Shown in pieces: positions 1-9,682 of a stretch of 64,000 nt of DNA. A program made the position numbers and the translations under genes. The stretch lies in NCBI GenBank assembly GCA_964592365.1, contig CAZQDL010000002.1, positions 86,139 through 150,138 of the forward strand, in the 5' to 3' direction. This stretch comes from an uncultured Candidatus Saccharibacteria bacterium. GTDB taxonomy: Bacteria > Patescibacteriota > Minisyncoccia > Phycocordibacterales > UBA1006. Each line of letters opens with the position of its first letter. Within the stretch, counting starts at the first letter, position 1. Under the pieces are notes generated by a model, which saw only the letters and a program-made list of their open reading frames with translations, was not told the DNA's origin and made no database searches.

Positions 1-9
1 TTGTATAAC

Positions 10-372
10 ATGACTACTAAGACAGAAAAAAAAGAATATGTGTATGATGCTGATGGGCAAAGTCTAGGACGTCTATGTACAAAGATTGCTATGGATCTAC
101 GTGGAAAAAGTGAAGCATCATTTGCTCCAAACGTTGCTCCTGATGTTACTGTTATTGTAAATAATGCATCTAAGGTTAAGTTATCTGATACTCAGCTAAA
201 AGCTGAATACAAGCGATACAGTGGATATCCTGGAGGTTTAAAGCACGAAACACGAGGACACTTAGTTGATCGAAAAGGATACCGTGAGGTATTTGAGAAG
301 GCTGTGTTTGGTATGCTTCCAAACAATAGATTACGAGCAGTTATGATGAATAATCTCATCATTAACGAATAA
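10..372 (+). CDS. rplM: 50S ribosomal protein L13 (uL13)
   Basis: Translation MTTKTEKKEYVYDADGQSLGRLCTKIAMDLRGK...FGMLPNNRLR matches the uL13 family pattern (W/YxVxDAxGQxLGRLA...KG MLP). ORF track starts at 1 with TTG; first ATG is at 10. Classic rplM-rpsI pairing with the next gene. Confidence 0.85.
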   Translation: MTTKTEKKEYVYDADGQSLGRLCTKIAMDLRGKSEASFAPNVAPDVTVIVNNASKVKLSDTQLKAEYKRYSGYPGGLKHETRGHLVDRKGYREVFEKAVFGMLPNNRLRAVMMNNLIINE

Positions 373-385
373 CCCAATACTATAT

Positions 386-787
386 ATGGCAACCGAAAAA
401 AAATACATTTCTGCTATTGGGCGACGTAAATCAGCTTCTGCACAGGTTCGAATTGTTCCTGCGTCTAAGATGACTTATGTGGTTAACGATAAAAACCTTG
501 ATGAATACTTTACCGTAGGAGAACTACGAAAAGTTGTTCAAGCTCCATTTATGGAAACTGAAAGAAAAGATGATTTTACTGTTTCAGTAGTAGTAAAAGG
601 AGGAGGAATTTCTGCACAGGCAGATGCAATACGTCACGGTATCTCTCGAGCACTAATCAAGTACAACGAGGAATTACGTGGAGGATTGAAGTCAGCCGGA
701 TATCTAAAGAGAGATCCACGCTCAAAAGAACGAAAGAAACCAGGACTACGAAAGGCACGAAAGAGCCCAGCTTGGTCAAAACGATAA
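386..787 (+). CDS. rpsI: 30S ribosomal protein S9 (uS9)
   Basis: GRRKSASAQVRIVP...GGGISAQADAIRHGISRAL...RDPRSKERKKPGLRKARKSPAWSKR is the canonical uS9 C-terminal signature. Immediately follows rplM. Confidence 0.92.
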   Translation: MATEKKYISAIGRRKSASAQVRIVPASKMTYVVNDKNLDEYFTVGELRKVVQAPFMETERKDDFTVSVVVKGGGISAQADAIRHGISRALIKYNEELRGGLKSAGYLKRDPRSKERKKPGLRKARKSPAWSKR

Positions 788-812
788 AAACACCATATGG
801 TGTTTTTTTGTG
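788..812 (+). terminator. Rho-independent terminator after rpsI (perfect palindrome aacaccatatggtgtt + T-run)
   Basis: Sequence aaaaacaccatatggtgtttttttg read directly. Confidence 0.7.
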
Positions 813-827
813 GTATATTTACAGAGT

Positions 828-1487
828 ATGAAAAACATTATTATTATTTTCTTATTCGCAGCATTATCATTTACAACGTATCAACTTATCACTTTAGATA
901 ATACAATCCCATCAGGTATTGACCCGGTAGTCGAAGAGGTAGTTTCAACTGATGTTGAAAAAAAGAGGGTGCCAAATGAAAAAATATGTGTTGGAGAGGG
1001 TTGTGATGGTAGTATGAGCGGTGATAGTGAATCATATACCGTAGTATCAGTTCCACTTGTAACCAGTACTGGTAACATTGGTTGTGGTGAAGGAATAGTT
1101 TTCAGTCCACATGCGGTAAACAAGACAAGCGCAGTGCTTGATGCAACATACAAAAAGTTATTTAGTTTAGAACATGAACCTAATGTTGAATCAGATGATG
1201 TTCGAAATGTTGTTGCTTTGGAAAAAGATCTGTTCTACAAAGGAGTGTCTATTGATAATTCAAAAACAGCACGACTACTTCTTGAAGGAAAATCAACCTA
1301 CATATATAACTGTACGATTCCAACGTTTAGAGCTCAAATTGAGCAAGCTGCTCTTCAATTTAGTACGGTAGATTCTCTTGAAGTGTATATTAATAATAAA
1401 CTATGGGATTGGTGTGATTTTTCTCAAGCTGACCCAGAAGAAGATGGTTGTGATATTAATCCAAAACATTGGATTGCAACTAAGTAA
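828..1487 (+). CDS. hypothetical secreted/membrane-anchored protein (N-terminal hydrophobic segment)
   Basis: ORF track 810..1487; internal ATG at 828 (MKNIIIIFLFAALSF...) lies 8 nt downstream of TGGTATATT, so 828 preferred. No recognisable catalytic motif. Confidence 0.5.
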   Translation: MKNIIIIFLFAALSFTTYQLITLDNTIPSGIDPVVEEVVSTDVEKKRVPNEKICVGEGCDGSMSGDSESYTVVSVPLVTSTGNIGCGEGIVFSPHAVNKTSAVLDATYKKLFSLEHEPNVESDDVRNVVALEKDLFYKGVSIDNSKTARLLLEGKSTYIYNCTIPTFRAQIEQAALQFSTVDSLEVYINNKLWDWCDFSQADPEEDGCDINPKHWIATK

Positions 1488-1518
1488 AAAAAAGAAGATT
1501 TAATCTTCTTTTTTTGTA
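1488..1518. terminator. bidirectional hairpin terminator (aaaagaagatt/aatcttctttt)
   Basis: Inverted repeat flanked by A-run and T-run between convergent genes. Confidence 0.65.
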
Positions 1519-2066
1519 AACCTTCTTTCAAGAAGTGCTTCTGTTCCTGAATCAAGCTTATCCGTTACAATTACCATGAGTTCATCCTCAAGACCCAAGT
1601 CTTCTTTCATGTTGATCATCATGTGTTCAAGGGGAAAAGGGGATATCCAAATTGAACTTTTTAGTTGAACAAATTGTGCTTTTTTAAGTATGTATCGAAC
1701 AGCATCTCGTTGGGTTTTTTGGTCTTCTTTGATATCTAAAATGATAATACGCCAATATCCATCCCATGTAGTTGGAACAAGGTGGTTTCTAGCAGATAAT
1801 TTAATGTTCCTTAGTTTATGTCTACCCTCAGAAGAAAGACTTAAAAAAGAAGACTGTTCTGTTTCATGCTCATGTAGCATCTCACCTTCAATCATTTGCT
1901 TAATAGCCCTATTCACAAGATATTTAGGTTTTACCTTTCTTTCCTCATCTTGATCTTCGATAATGGCTTCCACGTATCGTGTCACTTCATCAGAACGAGC
2001 TGCTTTTTTTCCGGAAAGGAAATCAAGAATAAGTTCTTGAATGCTTTTTTTAGACGAATTTTTCAT
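1500..2066 (-). CDS. PaaX-like transcriptional regulator (winged-helix N-terminus + PaaX_C/Cas2-like C-terminal domain)
   Basis: C-terminal WDGYWRIIILDIKEDQKTQRDAVRYILKKAQFVQLKSSIWISP resembles the PaaX C-terminal W.G.W..V.Y......R..R......GFG.L...VWISP pattern; N-terminal part is HTH-like. Shorter than E. coli PaaX. Divergent from the grpE operon. Confidence 0.5.
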   Translation of the reverse strand: MKNSSKKSIQELILDFLSGKKAARSDEVTRYVEAIIEDQDEERKVKPKYLVNRAIKQMIEGEMLHEHETEQSSFLSLSSEGRHKLRNIKLSARNHLVPTTWDGYWRIIILDIKEDQKTQRDAVRYILKKAQFVQLKSSIWISPFPLEHMMINMKEDLGLEDELMVIVTDKLDSGTEALLERRFTKKED

Positions 2067-2149
2067 TAAACTTAAATATACATCAAATTCTTATTTTTTC
2101 AAGTATTTTTACATAAATTTCATTTAAGTGAAAAACTTGTCAAAATATT

Positions 2150-2162
2150 GTGGTTGTGTATA
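2150..2162 (+). promoter_or_regulatory. candidate sigma-70 promoter for grpE operon (TTGTCA-N16-TGtGTATACT)
   Basis: cttgtcaaaatattgtggttgtgtatact read upstream of grpE; no CIRCE/HrcA operator found in this intergenic region. Confidence 0.4.
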
Positions 2163-2185
2163 CTTACTTCGTAACTAAATAGTAT

Positions 2186-2743
2186 ATGAGTAAAAAAAAT
2201 AATCATGAAGAAGTAGAAATTGAATATGAAGATGAAATTGTTGAAGAACATGGAATGAAGGATAAACTAAAACAATTAAGAGAAGAGCTTAAGGAAGCAA
2301 AACTTCAATCCCAGGAATATTTAACAGGTTGGCAAAAAGAGAGAGCTTCATTTGCGAATTATAAGACTGAAGAAGAAAAAAAGAGACAAGAACGTATTGC
2401 TCTTTTGAAGACAAATCTTGTTTCTGATTTTTTTCCGGTACTTGATAGTTTTGATATGGCGTTTGGAAACAAAGATGCTTGGGAAAAAGTAGATCAAAAT
2501 TGGCGTATTGGAGTTGAATATATCTATACCCAATTTATGAATACACTTGAAGGATATGGAATTTCAGTTATCGATACAACCCATGTCCCTTTTGACCCTG
2601 TTATACATGATCCTGTTGAAAATGTCCCTGTTGATGAAAAGGATGATGGACACATCATTTCAGTTATTCAAAAGGGATATAGAACCAAGGATATGGTATT
2701 ACGACCAGCAAAGGTTCGTGTAGGAAAGTATGAAAACAAATAG
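2186..2743 (+). CDS. grpE: nucleotide exchange factor GrpE
   Basis: GWQKERASFANYK...FFPVLDSFDMAF...ISVIDTTHVPFDPVIHD matches the GrpE family; position directly upstream of dnaK. Confidence 0.9.
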   Translation: MSKKNNHEEVEIEYEDEIVEEHGMKDKLKQLREELKEAKLQSQEYLTGWQKERASFANYKTEEEKKRQERIALLKTNLVSDFFPVLDSFDMAFGNKDAWEKVDQNWRIGVEYIYTQFMNTLEGYGISVIDTTHVPFDPVIHDPVENVPVDEKDDGHIISVIQKGYRTKDMVLRPAKVRVGKYENK

Positions 2744-3104
2744 GCTTGAAGTAATGATAGACGCTCCTATTTCATCAGTATTTGAATTCACCTTAGATCC
2801 TAAGTACAGAAAATCATGGATTCCAAATCTAGGTGAAGAAACCGTTGATAGTTCTGTAATTGGCTTGGGTACAAAATATCAAAATGATGTCGGTACCTAT
2901 CTGGTTACTGATTATGAAAAAAATGTCTTTATGGAGCTTTCCTCTACAAAATCAAGTTATATTTGTTCGTATTCATTTCGTGAACATGAAAAGCAAACAA
3001 AGATTACCTATTTTGAATATATGGAAGATGGATCAGAACTTGATTCACCAATTTTAGAATCATCATTTACTACATTAAAAGAATTAATAGAAACTAATAA
3101 CTAA
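2730..3104 (+). CDS. hypothetical small protein, possibly SRPBCC/Bet v1-like fold, inserted between grpE and dnaK
   Basis: 124 aa ORF whose start overlaps the grpE stop by 14 nt (translational coupling). Weak resemblance to polyketide-cyclase/START-like small proteins; not firm. Confidence 0.4.
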   Translation: MKTNRLEVMIDAPISSVFEFTLDPKYRKSWIPNLGEETVDSSVIGLGTKYQNDVGTYLVTDYEKNVFMELSSTKSSYICSYSFREHEKQTKITYFEYMEDGSELDSPILESSFTTLKELIETNN

Positions 3105-3111
3105 TATTACT

Positions 3112-4986
3112 ATGTCAAAAATTATTGGAATTGATCTTGGTACCACAAACTCAGCAGTTGCTATTGTTGAGGGAGGACAACCAAAAATTATCGAAAACAG
3201 CGAAGGAAATAGAACAACTCCTTCAATTGCTGCAATGGGGAAGAATAAGGATCGTTTAGTTGGTTTACTTGCAAAACGTCAGGCGGTAACAAATCCAGAA
3301 AACACAATCTTTGGAGTGAAGCGTTACATGGGTCACAAGTATGACGATGAAGCTATCCAGTCTGATATGAAAGCATCACCTTTTAAAATATCAAAAGGTG
3401 AAAACAACGGAGTTGCTATTACTATGCAAGATAAGGAATATCGACCAGAAGAAATTTCTGCAATGATATTGAAAAAGATAAAAGCAGACGTTGAAGAAAA
3501 GCTTGGTGAAAAAGTTACTGAAGCAGTTATCACAGTACCTGCATATTTTGATGATGCACAGAGACAAGCAACAAAAGATGCTGGAAAAATTGCAGGTCTT
3601 GAAGTAAAAAGAATCATCAATGAACCAACAGCTGCAGCACTTGCATATGGTTTCAACAAAAAGAAAGATGAGAAAATCGTTGTGTATGACTTTGGTGGTG
3701 GAACGTTTGATGTTTCAGTTCTTGAAGTTGGAGATGATGTAGTTGAAGTTAAATCAACTGATGGTGATGCACATATGGGTGGAGAAGACATTGATAGAGC
3801 TATCATCAATTGGATTGGATCTGAATTCAAAAAGGAATCAGGAATTGATGTAACTGGAGATGTGCTTGCTTTGCAACGTTTGAAAGAAGCTGCAGAAAAG
3901 GCAAAGCATGAACTTTCTAATACCTCAGAAAGTGAAATCAATATTCCTTTCATTACCTCAGATGAATCAGGGCCAAAACATCTTCTTCTTAAACTTTCAC
4001 GAGCTAAATTAGAAGAATTAGCAGCACCATTTCTTGAAAAATCAATTGAGATTACCAAACGAGCTGTTGAAGCTTCAGGATTTAAAACATCAGAGATTGA
4101 TGAAATTATCCTCGTAGGAGGTCAAACAAGAATGCCTAAAATTACTGAAATGGTAAAAGGAGTGTTTGGAAAAGAACCAAATAAGTCTATCAATCCAGAT
4201 GAGGTAGTTGCTTTAGGAGCAGCATTACAAGGAGGAGTGATGCAAGGAGATGTAAAAGACGTATTACTTCTTGATGTAATCCCTCTTTCACTTTCAATTG
4301 AAACTATGGGAGGAGTTGCTACAAAACTTGTAGAAAGAAATACTACCATCCCAGCAGAAGCATCACAGGTATTTTCTACCGCAGCAGATAATCAACCTTC
4401 AGTTGAAATTCATGTGGTTCAAGGAGAACGTCCTTTAGCTTCTGACAACAAGTCTCTTGGAAAATTCATTCTTGATGGAATTCCACCAGCACCTCGAGGT
4501 GTACCGCAAGTTGAAGTAACCTTCAATGTTGATGCTAACGGAATTCTTGAGGTGAAGGCAAAAGATAAAACTTCAGGAAAAGAAAATTCAATTAGAATCG
4601 AAGGTGGTTCAAAACTTTCAGATGAAGAAATCAAGCGAATGCAACAAGAAGCAGAAGAACATGCAGATGAGGATAAGAAAAAGAAGGAATTAATTGATAC
4701 TCGTAATCTCGCAGAAACAATGATCTTCTCAGCTGAAAAAGCACTTAAAGAATATGGAGAGAAGGTTGATGAAGAAACAAGAACTTCAGTTCAAACAGCT
4801 ATCACTGAACTTAAGGAAGCAAAAGATAAAGATGATAAGGCTGATATTGAATCAAAAACTCAAAAACTTTCAGAATCAATGCAAAAAATTGGTGAAGTTA
4901 TGCAAAAAGAAGCTGAAACAAAAAACGAAGAATCTTCAGATACTGAAACCGTTGACGTAGAAGCAGAAGAGAAAAAAGAAGAATAA
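3112..4986 (+). CDS. dnaK: molecular chaperone DnaK (Hsp70)
   Basis: N-terminus [35 protein letters not shown] and [10 protein letters not shown] / [16 protein letters not shown] motifs are unmistakable Hsp70 signatures; 624 aa. Confidence 0.97.
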   Translation: MSKIIGIDLGTTNSAVAIVEGGQPKIIENSEGNRTTPSIAAMGKNKDRLVGLLAKRQAVTNPENTIFGVKRYMGHKYDDEAIQSDMKASPFKISKGENNGVAITMQDKEYRPEEISAMILKKIKADVEEKLGEKVTEAVITVPAYFDDAQRQATKDAGKIAGLEVKRIINEPTAAALAYGFNKKKDEKIVVYDFGGGTFDVSVLEVGDDVVEVKSTDGDAHMGGEDIDRAIINWIGSEFKKESGIDVTGDVLALQRLKEAAEKAKHELSNTSESEINIPFITSDESGPKHLLLKLSRAKLEELAAPFLEKSIEITKRAVEASGFKTSEIDEIILVGGQTRMPKITEMVKGVFGKEPNKSINPDEVVALGAALQGGVMQGDVKDVLLLDVIPLSLSIETMGGVATKLVERNTTIPAEASQVFSTAADNQPSVEIHVVQGERPLASDNKSLGKFILDGIPPAPRGVPQVEVTFNVDANGILEVKAKDKTSGKENSIRIEGGSKLSDEEIKRMQQEAEEHADEDKKKKELIDTRNLAETMIFSAEKALKEYGEKVDEETRTSVQTAITELKEAKDKDDKADIESKTQKLSESMQKIGEVMQKEAETKNEESSDTETVDVEAEEKKEE

Positions 4987-4998
4987 TTGATATTCATG

Positions 4999-5024
4999 GA
5001 TGCTAAGGAATATTCCTTAGCATC
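4999..5024 (+). promoter_or_regulatory. perfect 13-bp-stem palindromic hairpin between dnaK and dnaJ (gatgctaaggaatattccttagcatc) without U-tract
   Basis: Read directly. No T-run follows, so more likely an attenuator, processing or stability element than a full terminator. Confidence 0.5.
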
Positions 5025-5046
5025 AATGAGCAGCAATACATTACAT

Positions 5047-6099
5047 ATGAGCAAAGACTATTACAAAATTTTAGGAGTAGAAAAAGGAGCATCACAAGAT
5101 GAAATTAAGAAGGCTTTTAGAAAAGTCGCGCATCAATATCATCCTGATAAGAAAGATGGTGATGAAGTTAAGTTTAAAGAGGCAAATGAGGCGTATCAAG
5201 TGCTCTCAGACGAAAAAAAACGTGCCTCATATGATAGATTTGGTTCTTCAGGATCAAATCCATTTGGTGGACAACAACATGCAGGATTCGGAGGTTTTGG
5301 ACAGGGTGGTGCTTCATTTGATTTTGGTGATATTGATCTAGGAGATATTTTTGGATCTGGATTCGGAGGTGGAAGACGTGCACAGAGAAAAGGGGAAGAT
5401 CTTCAAACAAGGATAACTTTAAGTTTCAAAGAGTCTGTGTTTGGTGTAACAAAGAGTATTAATTTAGAACACATGGTTATGTGTGACACCTGTGAGGGTT
5501 CTGGGGCTAAAGATAAGACTAAGGTAAAAACATGTTCTCATTGTGAGGGAAGAGGAAAAGTTCAATCCCAAATGATGGGTATCTTCACTACGGTAACTGA
5601 GTGTCCTCGTTGTCTAGGAAGAGGAAATGTTCCTCAGGAATCTTGTTCACGATGTAATGGATCTGGGGTAATGAGAAAAAAGGAAACCGTTGAGGTAACT
5701 ATTCCATCTGGAATTCAACACGGTGATACTCTCCGTGTAAAAGGAAAGGGAAATGCTATTGAAAATGGAATTGCAGGAGACCTGTTTATTCAAATAATGG
5801 TAGAACCTGACAAGGTCTTCAAGAGAAGAGGTCTTGACCTCATTGTTGAAAGAACATTGAAAATCTCAGAAGCTGTTTTGGGGACACAACAACACCTTAC
5901 TTTGCTTGATGGAAAGGATATTGAATTTTCAGTTCCTGAGGGGACAAGAGATGGTACCACCTTACGTATTCGTAACAAGGGAATTGAAGCTGGTTCAACA
6001 AAAGGAGATATTCTCGTACTTGTTTCAATTGAGGTACCTAAAAAGCTAAGTAAAAAGCAACGAGAATTGTTTGAGAATATGCAGAAAGAAGGCCTCTAG
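5047..6099 (+). CDS. dnaJ: molecular chaperone DnaJ
   Basis: J-domain [34 protein letters not shown]-rich linker, four CxxCxGxG zinc-finger repeats ([32 protein letters not shown]). ORF track begins upstream at 4987; ATG at 5047 (MSKDYY) is the likely start. Confidence 0.93.
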   Translation: MSKDYYKILGVEKGASQDEIKKAFRKVAHQYHPDKKDGDEVKFKEANEAYQVLSDEKKRASYDRFGSSGSNPFGGQQHAGFGGFGQGGASFDFGDIDLGDIFGSGFGGGRRAQRKGEDLQTRITLSFKESVFGVTKSINLEHMVMCDTCEGSGAKDKTKVKTCSHCEGRGKVQSQMMGIFTTVTECPRCLGRGNVPQESCSRCNGSGVMRKKETVEVTIPSGIQHGDTLRVKGKGNAIENGIAGDLFIQIMVEPDKVFKRRGLDLIVERTLKISEAVLGTQQHLTLLDGKDIEFSVPEGTRDGTTLRIRNKGIEAGSTKGDILVLVSIEVPKKLSKKQRELFENMQKEGL

Positions 6100-6170
6100 A
6101 CCCTTTTACATTTAACTATAATAGTATATACTTTATGTACATTATTCGATTAAGAAAATACATAACAGAT

Positions 6171-6386
6171 ATGAAGAAGTTTTTATACCTTGTTGCTCTT
6201 ATCGCTATTGTAGTTATCGCAATTTCAGCAATGAATAACAACGAAACTGCTACAGTAGAAGTTGAGAACGATCCTATTGTTGAAGAAACTACAACGGAAG
6301 ATGCTGCTACTGAACCAGTAACGGAAGAAGTAGTTGTAGAAGAAGCAATGAATGCTGAAACTACCGTTGAAGTTGAAGCACTATAA
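6171..6386 (+). CDS. small single-pass membrane protein with acidic E/T/V-rich tail
   Basis: MKKFLYLVALIAIVVIAISAMNNNETATVEVEND...; ORF track start 6135, hydrophobic start at 6171 preferred. Paralogous architecture to 10092..10352. Confidence 0.4.
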   Translation: MKKFLYLVALIAIVVIAISAMNNNETATVEVENDPIVEETTTEDAATEPVTEEVVVEEAMNAETTVEVEAL

Positions 6387-6387
6387 T

Positions 6388-6414
6388 AAAAAAAACCGTT
6401 ATCGGTTTTTTTTA
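6388..6414. terminator. bidirectional terminator (aaaaaaaaccgttatcggtttttttt)
   Basis: Hairpin with A-run/T-run between convergent genes. Confidence 0.7.
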
Positions 6415-6594
6415 TTTAACTCCAACGAGAAGAGAAAGTTTCTCAATAATTTCTTGTTTTTGTTTTTTTAGTTCTTCAAAAACTAAACGTTCTTCATCGG
6501 TTTGTGATTCTTGAATATAGTGATGTTCAATTCTCCAAAGAGATTTTTGTTCTTGAACAAGCTGATTTAAGATATTAAAAGTATTATTATTCAT
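6412..6594 (-). CDS. small hypothetical protein, possibly DUF465/YdcH-like
   Basis: 60 aa; ...DEERLVFEELKKQKQEIIEKLSLL resembles the YdcH LKKqKL.LKDEI motif. Weak. Confidence 0.3.
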   Translation of the reverse strand: MNNNTFNILNQLVQEQKSLWRIEHHYIQESQTDEERLVFEELKKQKQEIIEKLSLLVGVK

Positions 6595-6659
6595 ATAATG
6601 TTTTGTTATGTTACTAATATATCTATTATATCACCTATCATGTGCTAGGATGTTACTGT

Positions 6660-7088
6660 ATGAGAGAAATCGTTATTATCTTCCCATTTAACACTCGTGA
6701 ACAAAAAATCTTAGTCATTGAAGAATATATACATCACTATAACAGATCCTTTTGGAAGTATGTAAGTGGTGGAGTAGACAAAGAAGAAAAAGATTTCATC
6801 ACCCATGCAAAAGAAGAACTTGCTGAAGAAGTTGGTATGAGTTCTGAGGGTTGGCACCATTTTCATCAATTAGAAAAAATTTTTGGTAATAGAGAAATTC
6901 ATTTTTTCATTGCTGAAGATCCAATTGAAATGGAAAACCCACAAGAGAATCCAGACGCTGATATCATCCTACAATCTGTTTGGGTAAACTATGAAGAATT
7001 TATGCATATGCTTGATACCAAACAATTAATGTGGGATCAAGCGAGTATGGCAGCATTGATGGTATTTAGAAAATACCAAATAAAATAA
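6660..7088 (+). CDS. NUDIX-family hydrolase (degenerate Nudix box)
   Basis: GGVDKEEKDFITHAKEELAEEVG approximates the Nudix box Gx5Ex7REUxEExGU; ATG at 6660 (MREIVIIF) sits 9 nt after TGcTAGGAT. Confidence 0.5.
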   Translation: MREIVIIFPFNTREQKILVIEEYIHHYNRSFWKYVSGGVDKEEKDFITHAKEELAEEVGMSSEGWHHFHQLEKIFGNREIHFFIAEDPIEMENPQENPDADIILQSVWVNYEEFMHMLDTKQLMWDQASMAALMVFRKYQIK

Positions 7089-7110
7089 CCGAATATTTCG
7101 GTTATTTTAT
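7087..7110 (+). terminator. terminator hairpin aaccgaaatattcggtt + T-rich tail
   Basis: Read directly after the Nudix gene stop. Confidence 0.6.
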
Positions 7111-7244
7111 TTACCTGTGTAGTGACGGCTGTTTCTTCGAGTCTTTGCTACTCCAAGCATATCCTTCTTTACTTCTAATCGTTTTACTGTTTTGTGAGAT
7201 GAAGTTGTCTTCATGTTTCCCACGCTATTTGTTCTTTTTCCCAT
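7107..7244 (-). CDS. unlisted small basic ORF (45 aa, MGKRTNSVGNMKTTSSHKTVKRLEVKKDMLGVAKTRRNSRHYTGK); possible tiny ribosomal-like protein
   Basis: Below the 60-aa ORF-track cutoff. On the minus strand TGTATACT lies 8 nt upstream of its ATG, the same leaderless promoter geometry as annotated genes. Lys/Arg-rich with faint similarity to the bL35 N-terminus (MKTxSSxKxRxK); unresolved. Confidence 0.3.
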   Translation of the reverse strand: MGKRTNSVGNMKTTSSHKTVKRLEVKKDMLGVAKTRRNSRHYTGK

Positions 7245-7337
7245 ATGTGATGAGTATACATGTTATTAATAATATGAATAGTGTTTGACAAATACGTATT
7301 TTGTACTATTTTACGTTAAACCTTAAATTATATAAAA

Positions 7338-7844
7338 ATGAATATTAGAACAATTATGTACTGCCTAGGCATCTTCCTTTTCACTTCATGTGACTTCTCA
7401 CCGAGTTCAAATGAATTAACAAATCAAACCTTCAAACAGGTCTTGATGGTCGAAAATCAGGTTTTAGTTAAAGAACTAAATGTTCCTGATGAGTTTAGTA
7501 TGCAAAAAGTATTTGAAGAAAGTGCTTTAAAGATAAAAAAGCTTATAGAGCAAAAAGCAAATGGCAACATTCAGGGTGTGAAAAGCTACTCATTTATCCT
7601 AGATGGCGAAAAAATTTACAAAATTGTAACGTTGTATCAACGTAGCGAAAATGCGATTGTGATAAAAAAAACAGCGTTTAACAATCCTGAAAATTATTAC
7701 ATCACCTCGTACTACCTAAGTGAAAATGGAAAGTTAGTTGATGTTATCCAAATGGATAGTGACAAAAAAATTCATTTTTCAAGATTCGTTGAGATTAAAC
7801 AGTTTAGCGATTCTTTAGAAAAAGAATTAGGTTTTGAAATTTAA
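7338..7844 (+). CDS. hypothetical lipoprotein (signal peptide ending ...LFTSC)
   Basis: MNIRTIMYCLGIFLFTSC: hydrophobic signal with Cys in lipobox-like position; no known domain recognised. Confidence 0.45.
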   Translation: MNIRTIMYCLGIFLFTSCDFSPSSNELTNQTFKQVLMVENQVLVKELNVPDEFSMQKVFEESALKIKKLIEQKANGNIQGVKSYSFILDGEKIYKIVTLYQRSENAIVIKKTAFNNPENYYITSYYLSENGKLVDVIQMDSDKKIHFSRFVEIKQFSDSLEKELGFEI

Positions 7845-7851
7845 TAGACAT

Positions 7852-7882
7852 AAAAAACACTGAGTTACCCTCAGTGTTTTTA
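7852..7882. terminator. bidirectional terminator (aaaaaacactgagttaccctcagtgttttt)
   Basis: 7-bp stem cactgag/ctcagtg flanked by A- and T-runs between convergent genes. Confidence 0.7.
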
Positions 7883-9646
7883 TAATTGATTCTTTATCTG
7901 ATTGATAAAATCATCAATTGATATTCCTTTCTGTTGGCCATCTTTTGATTCAATAGTTAGTGTTTGTGTACTTACTTCTTCGTCTCCTATGATAATCCAG
8001 AAGGGAAGTTTTGAAGTCTTAGCTTTCCTTACTTTCTTCCCGAATCCCTCATGGTCATCGTTCCATAATTCAACTCTCATACCAACTGATGCAAGTGATG
8101 TATATACTTCAGTTGCATATGTTGAGTGAACGTCTGACTTGATTGGAATAATGGCTAGTTGAAGTGGTGCAAGCCAAACAGGAAAATAACCTTCGAAATG
8201 TTCAATTGCAAGTGACATGAATCTTTCAAGGGATCCTGCAATCGCTCTATGAATCATCACCGGAGTTTTCTTGTTTCCTTCTTGATCAGTATACGTTAAT
8301 TCAAATCGTGTCGGCTGAACAAAATCAAGCTGTGCAGTACCCAATTGCCATTCTCGTCCAATGGCATCTTTGAATTGAAAATCCAACTTTGGTCCGTAGA
8401 ATGCAGCTTCACCTTCTACTCGCATATAGTTTAGGTTATTTTCTTTGGCAATATCCTCAAGAATAGATTCTGCTTTATCCCATAGATGATTGTCGCCAAT
8501 ATACTTATCTAAGTTTTGTGGATCTCGAACAGAAAGTGAAACCCAATAGTTTCCTTCGTGGAACATATCCATCGTGGTGTAGAATTTTTTTATGATGGCT
8601 ACAATATTATTTACCTCTTCTTTTATTTGCTCTTCGGTACAGAAAATATGACCATCATCTTGTGAAATAGATCGAACACGTGAGAGTCCCATGAGTTCTC
8701 CTGCTTGTTCATCACGGTATACCATTGTCGTTTCAGCATACCGTAATGGGAGATCTCTGTATGAACGTGGTTCAGCATCATATATTTGTGTATGGTGCGG
8801 ACAATTCATAGGTTTCATAACAAATTCTACATTTGATTTTCCGGTAACATGGAATAGATCATCTTTATACTTATCCCAGTGACCTGATGTTTTATATAAA
8901 TCAGATTTAGTGATATGTGGAATACATACCTGTTGGTATCCGTATGGAGATTGTATTTCATCAATCTTTTTGATTACCAAGTTTCGAATCATCGTTCCTT
9001 TTGGAGTGAATAAAGGAAGACCGGAACCTACTTTTTCAGAGAAGGTGAATAGACCTAGTTCCTTCCCAATTTTTCTATGATCTCGTTTCTTCGCCTCTTC
9101 TTGCTTTGTTATGTATTCATCTAAATCTTCTTTTGTATCAAAAGCAAGACCATATATACGAGTAAGCATCGGATTGTTTTCATTACCTCTCCAGTATGCA
9201 CCTGCAACCCTGTCTAATTTCCAGGCATCCATATTGATACTTGAAAAATCGTCAACATGTCCTCCTCTACATAGGTCGGTAAAAGATCCAGAAGTATAGA
9301 AGGTAATTTCCTCACCCTTTTCTGCGATTTCTCGAATAAGTTCTTCTTTGTATGGATTTCCTGAAAAGAATGAAAGTGCTTCATCTTTTGTTACCACTTT
9401 GTGATCAAAATGCTTCCAGGTATTAGCAATCTTCTTCATTCTTTTTTGAATATCCTTTAAATCACCATCTGAAAGAGGGTGCTTAAGATCAATATCGTAA
9501 TAGAAACCATTATCGATTGCTGGACCTAGGCTTAAATATGCATCAGGATAGCTTTCAAGTACTGCTGCAGCAAGAAGGTGTGCAAGTGAATGTCTTTTCT
9601 TTTCTAATTCGTTCATATGCATATTGTAGCTGGCAATGGCATGCAT
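7880..9646 (-). CDS. thrS: threonyl-tRNA synthetase (short N-terminus, no TGS domain)
   Basis: HSLAHLLAAAV (editing-domain HxxxH), DHRKIGKELGLF, RDEQAGELMGLSRVRSISQDDGHIF (class II motif 2). ORF track start 9697; internal ATG at 9646 sits 7 nt after TGATATAAG; ATG at 9616 also possible. Confidence 0.9.
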   Translation of the reverse strand: MHAIASYNMHMNELEKKRHSLAHLLAAAVLESYPDAYLSLGPAIDNGFYYDIDLKHPLSDGDLKDIQKRMKKIANTWKHFDHKVVTKDEALSFFSGNPYKEELIREIAEKGEEITFYTSGSFTDLCRGGHVDDFSSINMDAWKLDRVAGAYWRGNENNPMLTRIYGLAFDTKEDLDEYITKQEEAKKRDHRKIGKELGLFTFSEKVGSGLPLFTPKGTMIRNLVIKKIDEIQSPYGYQQVCIPHITKSDLYKTSGHWDKYKDDLFHVTGKSNVEFVMKPMNCPHHTQIYDAEPRSYRDLPLRYAETTMVYRDEQAGELMGLSRVRSISQDDGHIFCTEEQIKEEVNNIVAIIKKFYTTMDMFHEGNYWVSLSVRDPQNLDKYIGDNHLWDKAESILEDIAKENNLNYMRVEGEAAFYGPKLDFQFKDAIGREWQLGTAQLDFVQPTRFELTYTDQEGNKKTPVMIHRAIAGSLERFMSLAIEHFEGYFPVWLAPLQLAIIPIKSDVHSTYATEVYTSLASVGMRVELWNDDHEGFGKKVRKAKTSKLPFWIIIGDEEVSTQTLTIESKDGQQKGISIDDFINQIKNQL

Positions 9647-9682
9647 GCAAGGGCTTATATCATAGTGTATGCTGTATGTATG

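Noticed and set aside
3333-4058. 241-aa ORF antisense to dnaK (also 4122..4349 and 4419..4634)
   Set aside because: Lies entirely inside the strongly supported dnaK coding region on the opposite strand. Serine/threonine-rich, low-complexity translation typical of antisense frames in AT-rich coding DNA. No promoter geometry.
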